Positions 1-8,338 of a stretch of 26,471 bases of DNA are shown here, in pieces. This DNA is from Pedosphaera sp. (GTDB taxonomy: Bacteria; Verrucomicrobiota; Verrucomicrobiia; Limisphaerales; SIBH01). The first letter of the stretch is position 1; each line of letters opens with the position of its first letter. Position numbers and translations under genes: made by a program. Location of the stretch: the NCBI GenBank assembly GCA_031414955.1, contig JANOQV010000167.1, positions 1-26,471 on the forward strand, written 5' to 3'. The notes below the pieces were generated by a model. It was not told where the DNA came from, searched no databases, and worked only from the letters and a program-made list of their open reading frames with translations.

Positions 1-140
1 AGTTTGGCCAGTTGCCGGACTTGCGTCGGAGTCAGCGGGCACTTGAAGGCCGCGTATTTCAGGTCAAACGCCACCAGGTCCGCCATCATCGCGTCCCGCT
101 GCGCATCCGTCATGACTTGTGATATTAAGTTTTGAGCCAT
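1..140 (-). CDS. Hypothetical protein, N-terminal part only (runs off the left edge)
   Basis: Not in the ORF track. ATG at 140 on the minus strand opens an uninterrupted frame MAQNLISQVMTDAQRDAMMADLVAFDLKYAAFKCPLTPTQVRQLAK with host-like codon usage. It resembles, from memory, widespread 'MxQNLIS...LTP..R..L.K' helical hypothetical proteins. Confidence 0.7.
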   Translation of the reverse strand, partial: MAQNLISQVMTDAQRDAMMADLVAFDLKYAAFKCPLTPTQVRQLAK

Positions 141-249
141 ACTTGGAGGAGCCGGGTTCGAGGACGAATCGAGTCTGATCCCTGCATCAAATCTCAATCC
201 CGCATCGAGCCTGGCCATTTTTGTTTATTGGTTAACCGCGTTTTGAACG

Positions 250-273
250 CTGGCCTACCACGAGGTAGGCCAG
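250..273. promoter_or_regulatory. Perfect inverted repeat (10-bp stem, 4-nt loop); operator or RNA hairpin
   Basis: CTGGCCTACC-acga-GGTAGGCCAG, about 110 bp upstream of the ATG at 140; no U-tract directly adjacent. Confidence 0.45.
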
Positions 274-395
274 TGGATTACGGATCACTTCTCAAGACCC
301 GGTGACTCATGCAAGATAAATCTTACACCAATGACAGTATTCAGATTACGCATCCATTCCATCGACGAGGAGTCCGTTCCGCGAAGTCAGGCGCA

Positions 396-626
396 CCTGC
401 CCGCCACTCTCGCGTCCCTGGCGCGAACCCAGCGGTGCCGGGGAAACACCCATCCGCCCCTGGCGCGCAGCCTCCGACCCAGAAAAATCACCCGCCAGCC
501 CCTGAAAAGCAGTCTCCCACCCCTGGAAACCACCCTCCGGAGGCTAAAAACCACCCTCCTCCCCTGAAAATCACCCATCCGATGGCGAAAACTACCCTCC
601 CACCCCTAAAAACCACCCACCGGAGA
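396..626. repeat. Degenerate tandem repeat, about 11 units with 21-bp period
   Basis: Units such as cctggaaaccaccctccggag / gctaaaaaccaccctcctccc / cagaaaaatcacccgccagcc. CCTGGCGCG recurs at 417 and 459; CTAAAAACCACCC recurs at 544 and 606. Confidence 0.75.
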
Positions 627-807
627 CCGATTTCCCTGCGCCGGAGAGTCGGAACAAGGCAGCAGTCCATGCTAAACAGCCATAAGGTCAAAGACTTACG
701 GCAAAATAGAAGGAAGGAGTGCCGTAGCGTCGTGCTTTGAGTTGCGACCACGCCCATTGACGTGAAACCTGTTCCACTCATTTCGTTGCAGATCGAAAAG
801 TGGGCCC

Positions 808-1530
808 TCAGCGCCATTTTCGCCAGCCGATCAAGCTGAGCAGGAAAACGACGACCATCACGAGTGTAAATGTAATCCACATCAACGGTTTGCCACCGGC
901 CCTGCCGGGTCCATAATTTGCCGCAATATCTTCGAAATACTTCTCCACGCGCGCGGGCAGCGGAGGCGGCGGCAAGGGCAAGATTTCGTGCGGAGGCGGT
1001 ATCGGGCCGGGAGGATCAGGAATTTTCTGCCCAGCCGCCCGAAAGATTTCACGCACTTGCTCCTCCGGATACCACTTCACCATCCAGCCGGTGTCGACGA
1101 GATCCGTTTTCGAAATGATCATGCGTCCCAATTTGCCATTCCGATTGGGAAACGCCTCGGCATTGAGCAGGACAATTTCTCCCATGACCGAATTGTTTGT
1201 GAAGCGGGCTGGAACAAACACGTATTTTTCAAAAAGCGAGCTTTTGAAACCAGCGTGCTTTCCATAGGCGCGAAAATATTGGTGGTAGCGTTCGGGATAC
1301 GGCCAATGGGTCGCCACAAAAGCCTGCTGTAGATTAGTAGCCGGGGCGTTTGTAAACTGGCGATCGTGGAACCCCACTACTTTCGCAATGAAACTCGCGC
1401 CATTGTATTCCTCTGAAGTTTGGTCCGGCTTTTCACGGCAGCCAGACGCAAGGGCGCAAAGCAAGCAGGCAAGCCACAGCTTCGCCTGCCTAACCCCGAA
1501 AACCATAGAAATAACTGCTATTCTGCCCAT
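808..1530 (-). CDS. Putative lipoprotein with C-terminal TM anchor; paralog 3 of the tandem (immunity/inhibitor-like) family
   Basis: Start trimmed to ATG 1530 (alternative 1506). Lipobox-like LWLACLLCALASG-C, shared core PATNLQQ...YPERYH..F..YG...GFKSSLFEKY, Pro-rich linker, TM helix and WRKWR tail. Confidence 0.8.
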   Translation of the reverse strand: MGRIAVISMVFGVRQAKLWLACLLCALASGCREKPDQTSEEYNGASFIAKVVGFHDRQFTNAPATNLQQAFVATHWPYPERYHQYFRAYGKHAGFKSSLFEKYVFVPARFTNNSVMGEIVLLNAEAFPNRNGKLGRMIISKTDLVDTGWMVKWYPEEQVREIFRAAGQKIPDPPGPIPPPHEILPLPPPPLPARVEKYFEDIAANYGPGRAGGKPLMWITFTLVMVVVFLLSLIGWRKWR

Positions 1531-1597
1531 TTGGTTGCAGACCGAAAACTGACCCTTTTCTGAGAATCGAAATCGATACAACGCCACAGCCCAATGG

Positions 1598-2719
1598 TTA
1601 CTTCCGGGAAACCGCCGCGAATATAGAGAAGGCAATTGCAAACAGGTGAACCAGCGTCAGAACGATTGCGATCTTGCCGAGGCGATTTCTGATCCATTCG
1701 TAGCACAGCATGAAATCATAAGCACCAATCTGGCCGAGAAGGAGGAACCAGCCAAAAGCGTCTCCCGGCCTTTCCTCGCGGGGCAGTGCTTCCCACCAGG
1801 CGGAATAGGGCAACGAAAGATGAAAGTAAAGCTGCCCCAATCCCCTGTCGCTCCCGAATGAAGGGGACATGAGACCAACCACAAAAAGGAAACCAAACGT
1901 CCATCCAATCACCGAGCAGATCTTTTTTGCGGTCGTCCAGCGTATCGCTGGTGTTGCGTGCTCAACGAGGTGCCGCTTGTAGGGCACGGGCCACAGGCAA
2001 TAGCCGATGATACTGGCACAAACGGCCGCAAGTCCCCAAAAGCAGGCTTTCTCGATGACGCGTGCCATTTGCGGCGAAACTCCCGACCACTCCAGGCGCG
2101 AAAACAATCCGCGCGTCTCAAGCCATGCTGACAAATAATAACGTCTGGCGCTCCGAAAGGTTGTGGGTGGCGGCGCGGGAGGCATTAGTGCTGCGGAGGG
2201 CACTGGGATTCCCACCCTGGCGGTTTGAAAAGCGTCTTGCACCCGATACTCAGCGACTTTTTCTCCCCAGACGTCTCTTTCTCGCTTGTAAAAGATCATT
2301 CGGTACGCGTCGCCCTTGTGGAAGAACGGCTGAGCACTGATCAAATAAGAATCTCCTTTCCCAATGGAGACACCGGGCGGAACCGCAACGTACTTCTCCG
2401 ACAGCGAATTCGAGAAACCAGCGTTTTTCTCATACACGCGGAACCACTCATGCCATTGATATGGATAGCCGCCATGCGATCCGTACAGCACTTGGGCAAG
2501 ATTGGTGATGGGCGTATCAGGAAACTCCGCCGGATACCAAGTAAACCGGCGTGCCAATTCGGGGGCGAAGCGCGACTCCACCTCGCATTGGTCGGACATA
2601 TAGAGGGCGTACGAGCAAATGACGAACACGGCTACGCCGAAGAGAAACCAACCGGGCACCGGGCAGCGGCATTCCCACTCGGGCTCAGACTTGCTGCGAA
2701 ATCCGGGAGGTAAGTTCAC
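1598..2719 (-). CDS. Membrane protein; paralog 2 of the tandem family with an extra C-terminal multi-TM extension
   Basis: GTG start, position uncertain. N-terminal hydrophobic segment, shared core PITNLAQ...YPYQWH..F..Y....GFSNSLSEKY...SAQPF, Pro-rich linker, TM helix, then about 130 aa with roughly 3 more hydrophobic segments. Confidence 0.75.
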   Translation of the reverse strand: MNLPPGFRSKSEPEWECRCPVPGWFLFGVAVFVICSYALYMSDQCEVESRFAPELARRFTWYPAEFPDTPITNLAQVLYGSHGGYPYQWHEWFRVYEKNAGFSNSLSEKYVAVPPGVSIGKGDSYLISAQPFFHKGDAYRMIFYKRERDVWGEKVAEYRVQDAFQTARVGIPVPSAALMPPAPPPTTFRSARRYYLSAWLETRGLFSRLEWSGVSPQMARVIEKACFWGLAAVCASIIGYCLWPVPYKRHLVEHATPAIRWTTAKKICSVIGWTFGFLFVVGLMSPSFGSDRGLGQLYFHLSLPYSAWWEALPREERPGDAFGWFLLLGQIGAYDFMLCYEWIRNRLGKIAIVLTLVHLFAIAFSIFAAVSRK

Positions 2720-2881
2720 GTTTTGAGTTTCGCATTTCCATCGCCAAAAACCAGCGCCGCGCTTTCACAAGTGGTCTGCCCTGCATGTTCTTTCTTCTTT
2801 GTGGTCTGTGCCAAGATGTTGCGGCCTTGGCGAATATGCAATTTCTTGAGGGGCACCCGCGCACTCGCGTGATCACAGTCT

Positions 2882-3580
2882 TCATCTTCCCTTCGCTTTG
2901 GCTACGATTCTTAAAACTGCCCACAACGCCGTGGCCAAAACCGTCAGCCCACTCAAGATGCGGAACAGCCACCGAACCGGCATGGATGACTCCTGTCCCA
3001 AAGCTTCGGATAGATCCCAAACAAACTTTTCGTAACGTTGGCCCAAAGGCGGATGAAGAATGTCTTGGGCTTCAGGTGGCGGCTCCGGCATCGAGAAGGA
3101 AGGAGGCAAAATCACGCTCGATGCCATTTCTCTCGTAATGGCTTGCGCCTTGTTCTCAGAAATTATCCGGTAAAAATAATTGCTCCCACTTCTGGCGATG
3201 TAGATGCGACAGGATTTTTGGTCGCAGTAAAATGGGCGCGCACTCATGCAGGTCAACTCTCCTTCGATCTGAGCGTTCGTGAAACGCGGCCAGAAAAAGA
3301 TGTATTTTTCAGAGAGAGCGTTCGTGAACCCCTTTTTCCGCCCGAACTCCGCAAATTCGGAATGAATGCCGTACGGGTACCCATGTTTCACGAAACGAAA
3401 CAACTGGACCAAATTCGTTGTTGGCACATCGGGTGAATCTACATCATGGAGCTTTAGCAATTTTACGACGTACCCGCCAAGTTTTGACTCGACTGTTGAT
3501 TGATCGCTGATCCTTGAACATCCTGCGAGAACGAAGAAAATCAAGATGTGCAAAAAAAGCTTAGATTTCAAGGTGTCCAT
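2882..3580 (-). CDS. Putative lipoprotein with C-terminal TM anchor; paralog 1 (candidate cognate immunity protein/inhibitor)
   Basis: MDTLKSKLFLHILIFFVLAG-C lipobox; core PTTNLVQ...YPYGIH..F..FG...GFTNALSEKY...SARPF; Pro-rich linker; TM helix plus basic tail. Start overlaps the upstream gene by 13 nt. Confidence 0.85.
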   Translation of the reverse strand: MDTLKSKLFLHILIFFVLAGCSRISDQSTVESKLGGYVVKLLKLHDVDSPDVPTTNLVQLFRFVKHGYPYGIHSEFAEFGRKKGFTNALSEKYIFFWPRFTNAQIEGELTCMSARPFYCDQKSCRIYIARSGSNYFYRIISENKAQAITREMASSVILPPSFSMPEPPPEAQDILHPPLGQRYEKFVWDLSEALGQESSMPVRWLFRILSGLTVLATALWAVLRIVAKAKGR

Positions 3581-6500
3581 TTCAGTGCCGTTCGGAATCT
3601 TATAATCGTGGCAGCGCTAAAGCCTTTCCCGGAAATCGGATCTCCTCCCGTTTGCATTAAGCCTTTTTCAAAATGATCAAGCACACTACCTCCTGGGGCA
3701 TGACCGAGTTCATGTGCCATGGTACCGTATAATCGATTCAAATAGAACTGTTGATAAGTGAGCGCAAAGTGGTTTGTGAACCCGGCTTGATTTACTGAAC
3801 CATCGACACGGTTTATGCCCCATTCCTTGTCGCGATTTCCCTCGATGTAAACCACGCAAAAGCCATGCAGTGGAGAACCGACCAAATCATCCACATTGAT
3901 TCCCAAAAGCACCTCTTCTCGGTCGGGTTCTCCATCTTCGTTCCGTGCGGCCTCGTATCCGACAACAATCGAATACGCCCAGAATTCGGGCCGGTCTTTG
4001 CCTTTCAATTCCAAATTGCCGACATCAAACGGACTGGTGAGGTATCCGACACCTGCTATTCGCTTAAAGGGAATCGTCCGTTGGTTATTTAAGCCCAAAT
4101 CCTTAGCATCTACTGGACGAACATAGGCTTGTGCATAGGCGGACGTGATCGCTCCGATAAATTCTCCACTACGGCTATCGGCGGGAAGAGGTGGAGATTG
4201 CAAGTTCAGGCTTGATGGATACAGGAGATCATTCACGAGGTATTGGTCGTCGTCATCGTAGAGTTTCACCGTCAGTCCCACCAAGTTGTTCGTCGGCACC
4301 GAATCGATCTCCACGTCGGTCATCACGGAGGCGCCCCAACCTGAGATGGATCTGATCGTTCTGAACGCGCCGATGGTCGCAATGTCGATCTTTCCGTTTT
4401 CGAACTGATTCACAGGACTGAATGGAAAGTCCGAATGCAGTATACTAATGCGTGAGCGCCCGACTACGGGATAGTTTCGGCGAACCCGAGTGATCGACCC
4501 ACTGATGAAGTTTGCTTCTGGTCCACTCGCTGGCGGGTTCGTCATTGAATCAAACTCCAAATGCAATTTGCGCCAGACCGTGAGCATCGGTGAAAGCCCG
4601 CCGATGAAGCCCTCGGCCGGTTCCTGGCCGGATCCAACATACATATCCAGCGTGCTGTTCACTTGCAAAGCGTTCAGATGATTGGACGCGCCCGGCAAAT
4701 CCAAGACTGCGGCGACTCTAAAGTTGTCTCCTGGCTGCATGGTCACATCGAAAATAGTCGATGCTTGTCCGAAAACGTCCAGCGTAAGATTCGTTTCGTA
4801 CAGGGTTCCGACGTTCGGGCTGCCGCGGTTGTCGTTTCCCTGGACAAGGATCCCAAAGTCGTTGGTGTCGATGACGCCATCCTCATCATCTGGGAACGGC
4901 GTGGGATCGTCCACGTCGAGCGAGCGCAAGATGACGCGTTGTCCCGGCACCGGAGGAGTGGTCTGGATTTTGACGATCACGCCCTTCCGCGATTCCGTGT
5001 CGGTGGGGCTTAACTGGTCGGGAAAAACACGAAGCCCGCCGCCGGCGTTCGGGTTGTGATCCAACGGCGAGTTTCCCAACAAAAACGTTTCCCAGGTCAC
5101 TTCGATGCGCGGGACGACGAGGGTGCCGATGGAAGCGGCGTTGTTGGTGGGGAAGTCCGCCCAAGGCTTGTTGGTGCCGAGCTTGTTGTTTGGGTCAAGC
5201 ACTAGGAACGCTTGCGGCCCATTTACGCCAGGGCCCAGGCCCGCGGTGTAGGTTTCCGTCGTCGTCGGATTGCCGATGGTGTTCGTGGTGGGCGGCAGCA
5301 CGGCGACCAGTTCCTGGAGGCTGATCGGGTAGCTGTGGCCTTTCTCGTACCAAAAGGTTTTTTCGATGGGCTGCCGGGAGGAGGAGCGGGGATTGAAAAG
5401 CGTGTTGTCGCCGACTTTCAGTTGCGTGGTGTGGCATACCGCGCAGTTCATGCCGTTGTTCACCTTGCCCTTGTCATGCACATAGAGTGAGATCGGCACA
5501 TAATTCTCGGGATGTTCAAGCTGCAGCAGGGTCTGCTGAAGGTCGCTGATGCCATCGCCGTTCGTGTCGGCGAGGCGCGGATTCGTGCCGGCCTGGTATT
5601 CGTCGAAATTGATCAGCCTGTCGACATCACCATCGCGATGACCGTCGTCTCCATTGAGCGGGTCAAGGTTGTGGGCGATTTCCCAGAAGTCGGGCAACCC
5701 GTCCCCATCGGAATCGAAGCCGGGCAGCGTGTTCGGGTCGGCCACGTCCTCGCGCAATTGGACGATCTGCGGGGTGACAGGATCGATGCTGACGTTGGTC
5801 GATGACAGCACCGGACGAACCACCATGGTTTCCCATCCTTCCAAGTAGCCGTCCGCAGAAGCGATGATGTTCGTTTCGACAGCGAGCACATTCAGAGGAA
5901 TCGTAAGCGTGAACGGGGAGACGAGGTTGTGATCGTTGTGATCGATTACCAGCGGGTCGCCCGGTCCCATTGCGTTTCCTGAGTAGGTGAAGGTGGCGGA
6001 GACTGGATCGCTTGCAAACAGTCGCCAGAGCCGGAGCCTCCCGTTCGTAGTCGTGCCCTCGATGGCGACGCTGGAGAGGACTTCCAACCGGACGTATTCC
6101 CATTTCCGCAACAGTTGAATCGGCCAGAGATTTGTGCTGACGGAAGGAACGTGAAAGTGAATCGCTCCAGGGTTGTTGAACCCGGCGGCACCGCCACCCG
6201 TGAAGTAAACGCGAGCCACCGAACTCCGCAGCGGGAACATGATGTAGCCACCGGACACATCGCCGGAGACGCGATAACCCGCGGCCTCCTGAAGGCCCGT
6301 GGTAGTATTGGTGTACACGGCGTAAGGCAGGCTGCCGCCCGCGAAGGTGTGACCAAACCGGCGGATCTCGAAGATCGCGGGCGAATCGATCGCCGGCGAA
6401 GTGCTGTAAACTGAGGCGGACTTCACGGAGGTGATCGTGTACCGCGTAGGCGAATTGTCTTCGAGCAAGACCGTGGCGGCGTTGGTGCCGACAATGTTAA

Positions 6501-8301
6501 ACCCGGCACCGCCACGCAGCGTCACGGTAAACGTTTCGATCATCTCTTCCACGCCATCAGCCAGGGGCTGGATGATCAGATTGGTTTCGCCGACACCCGG
6601 CGGGAAGGTCACGGATTCTGGAATCGCCGGAAAATCCACGCCATTCGTGGCCGATCCAGCGAGGGCAAGATTGACAGTGAGGGGCTGGGCGAGCGAGCCG
6701 CTGCGATTCACCCGAATCACCGCCGAATCAATTCCCTCCGTGGCGGAATCAACGACCACAATAATCGTGACCGCAGGAAGTTCGTCATCCTTGATCACAA
6801 CGCGCGCGGCCGAGCGAACATTGTGGATAGAATACGCTGCGAAGGGATTCGCCAGCGTGAGGATCACGTCCTCATCTCCTTCGTAGGCGGCGTCAAAACT
6901 CGGCGTGATTTCAACCGTCGTCCGGTCGCTTCCCGCCGGGATGTAGGTCCAGGGCGTAATGCCTGTATAATCCACATCGTTTTGCGCGCTGCCCGAGACG
7001 TCAAACCAGACGAGCAGCTGTTGCTCCACGTCTCCGTAGCGCCGGATGAGAAACAGCCCCTTGTTGGTGGCGTTTGCCGTGCTTTCAGCCGCTACAGCAT
7101 CCTCCGCAAAGATCGCCACGACGGGCAGATCGTTGTCGATCAACGAGACGTTCGCGGGGGTGGAATCCAGCACGTAGTTCGTTGCCGAGGCCAGGGAGAG
7201 TTGCACCGTCCGTGGTCGTGTTTGCTGCACGCCGTCGTCCACCGCAGTGACGAAAATGCGTTTGGTCGTTTCACCTGCGAGGAAACTCACTTCGCTCGTG
7301 ATGTAGCCGAACTGGGTCGAGAGCAGGTAATCCGACTCATATCCCGCAGTTCCGCCCAGGTGCAGTACGATGGTAGTGCCGTTCGTTGGCGCTGGAAACG
7401 GCAGCCGGATGTTGAATTCACCGCCGCCTCCGCCTTCGGCTGCCGTGGAATCGACCGTGTAAATCACGGCCCGGGTCAGCCCATGGTACTCGGCCAGGTC
7501 CGGGATGCCGTTCAGATTCGAGTCCTCGTCACCGTCCAGAATCCCGTCGTGATCAGAATCTTCGTCCAGCGGTGAGGTGTGCGAAATCAATGCCTCGAAG
7601 GCATCCGAAAGTCCGTCCCAATCGGAATCGATCGAGTCCGCAGCGCGATAGAAGGCGGTGGCCGAAGCCGTGAGCCACCATTCAAAGTTGGTCTGCCCAA
7701 GCTGGCCAGCGGCGATTCTTTGCCAGGTGCCGTTCGTGCTCAGTTGCAGCTTCTCATAAATCTCGTAGGCACTGTTTGTGTCCGCATCCTGCAACCAGGT
7801 GCTGAAGATGCCTCCTTGAACAATGGGCGCGGGGCCAAACTTCAGTCCGGCATTCGTTGTCCAGCCGCCGAGATAAGATGGCCCATTCGCTTCTCCGCCA
7901 CCGTTCAAGCCTCCTCCCACAGCGAATCCTCCCGGCCCGGATACTGACATCAGGCTCATCCCACCGCCGCCGAGGGAATTCTTCAAGGAGACGTAATCCA
8001 CCTGCGAGTCGTCCACGAGGAAGACGCCCGGCTTCCATTCATACACCGGCAGTTGCCCGAAAGAAGGGTCGAAAGGATACGGCGGTCCCTGCTTGTCTTT
8101 GAGCATGTAGTAGGTGCCCAAGGCCGGCGGATTCATCACTGGTAGAACTAACTCCTCAGGCGGCAGTTTCTGCGCCGACGCGGACGGGGTAAGGCTGAAC
8201 GCAAGGCTTATCCCAACCGCGATTTTGGTGAGCCGGCGGCTGCACATTTCGTTCAGAGTTGCCATGGATTTCGCAAGGCCATGTTGGAAGTGCTTTTTCA
8301 T
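3568..8301 (-). CDS. Large secreted multidomain protein: signal peptide, Asp-rich DxDxDG repeats, several Calx-beta-like domains, C-terminal zincin (HExxH) metallopeptidase-like domain
   Basis: 1577-aa ORF with AAAGGA 9 nt before the ATG and signal peptide ...SLTPSASA-Q. Contains DSDWDGLSDAFE and DSDGDGLPDFWE repeats, Calx-beta-type motifs (AAE...F.I.R.G...L.V...GSA.NGVD...FDAAYEGDEDVILTL...VVIKDDE) and terminal AHELGHAPGGSVLDHFEKGLM. Confidence 0.88.
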   Translation of the reverse strand: MKKHFQHGLAKSMATLNEMCSRRLTKIAVGISLAFSLTPSASAQKLPPEELVLPVMNPPALGTYYMLKDKQGPPYPFDPSFGQLPVYEWKPGVFLVDDSQVDYVSLKNSLGGGGMSLMSVSGPGGFAVGGGLNGGGEANGPSYLGGWTTNAGLKFGPAPIVQGGIFSTWLQDADTNSAYEIYEKLQLSTNGTWQRIAAGQLGQTNFEWWLTASATAFYRAADSIDSDWDGLSDAFEALISHTSPLDEDSDHDGILDGDEDSNLNGIPDLAEYHGLTRAVIYTVDSTAAEGGGGGEFNIRLPFPAPTNGTTIVLHLGGTAGYESDYLLSTQFGYITSEVSFLAGETTKRIFVTAVDDGVQQTRPRTVQLSLASATNYVLDSTPANVSLIDNDLPVVAIFAEDAVAAESTANATNKGLFLIRRYGDVEQQLLVWFDVSGSAQNDVDYTGITPWTYIPAGSDRTTVEITPSFDAAYEGDEDVILTLANPFAAYSIHNVRSAARVVIKDDELPAVTIIVVVDSATEGIDSAVIRVNRSGSLAQPLTVNLALAGSATNGVDFPAIPESVTFPPGVGETNLIIQPLADGVEEMIETFTVTLRGGAGFNIVGTNAATVLLEDNSPTRYTITSVKSASVYSTSPAIDSPAIFEIRRFGHTFAGGSLPYAVYTNTTTGLQEAAGYRVSGDVSGGYIMFPLRSSVARVYFTGGGAAGFNNPGAIHFHVPSVSTNLWPIQLLRKWEYVRLEVLSSVAIEGTTTNGRLRLWRLFASDPVSATFTYSGNAMGPGDPLVIDHNDHNLVSPFTLTIPLNVLAVETNIIASADGYLEGWETMVVRPVLSSTNVSIDPVTPQIVQLREDVADPNTLPGFDSDGDGLPDFWEIAHNLDPLNGDDGHRDGDVDRLINFDEYQAGTNPRLADTNGDGISDLQQTLLQLEHPENYVPISLYVHDKGKVNNGMNCAVCHTTQLKVGDNTLFNPRSSSRQPIEKTFWYEKGHSYPISLQELVAVLPPTTNTIGNPTTTETYTAGLGPGVNGPQAFLVLDPNNKLGTNKPWADFPTNNAASIGTLVVPRIEVTWETFLLGNSPLDHNPNAGGGLRVFPDQLSPTDTESRKGVIVKIQTTPPVPGQRVILRSLDVDDPTPFPDDEDGVIDTNDFGILVQGNDNRGSPNVGTLYETNLTLDVFGQASTIFDVTMQPGDNFRVAAVLDLPGASNHLNALQVNSTLDMYVGSGQEPAEGFIGGLSPMLTVWRKLHLEFDSMTNPPASGPEANFISGSITRVRRNYPVVGRSRISILHSDFPFSPVNQFENGKIDIATIGAFRTIRSISGWGASVMTDVEIDSVPTNNLVGLTVKLYDDDDQYLVNDLLYPSSLNLQSPPLPADSRSGEFIGAITSAYAQAYVRPVDAKDLGLNNQRTIPFKRIAGVGYLTSPFDVGNLELKGKDRPEFWAYSIVVGYEAARNEDGEPDREEVLLGINVDDLVGSPLHGFCVVYIEGNRDKEWGINRVDGSVNQAGFTNHFALTYQQFYLNRLYGTMAHELGHAPGGSVLDHFEKGLMQTGGDPISGKGFSAATIIRFRTALKWTP

Positions 8302-8338
8302 CGGGTCGTTCCTTTGTCGTGCGGGTCCAGAAGCAGCA

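Noticed and set aside
396..626. Possible CRISPR array
   Set aside because: No constant repeat alternating with unique spacers, the period is only 21 bp, and there are no cas genes in the window.
309..740. 143-aa Pro-rich ORF on the plus strand
   Set aside because: It mostly translates the 21-bp array, the repeat register slips by one base within it, and it has no recognisable domain; probably spurious.
1531..1641. Upstream extension of ORF 808..1641
   Set aside because: It overlaps the preceding gene and would bury the lipoprotein signal; ATG 1530 or 1506 fits better.
3568..8301. Rhs/CDI/T6SS-type toxin assignment, or a DGR target
   Set aside because: No YD repeats, DPxG junction, haemagglutinin, VgrG or PAAR motifs; no reverse transcriptase or adenine-variant repeat pair seen.
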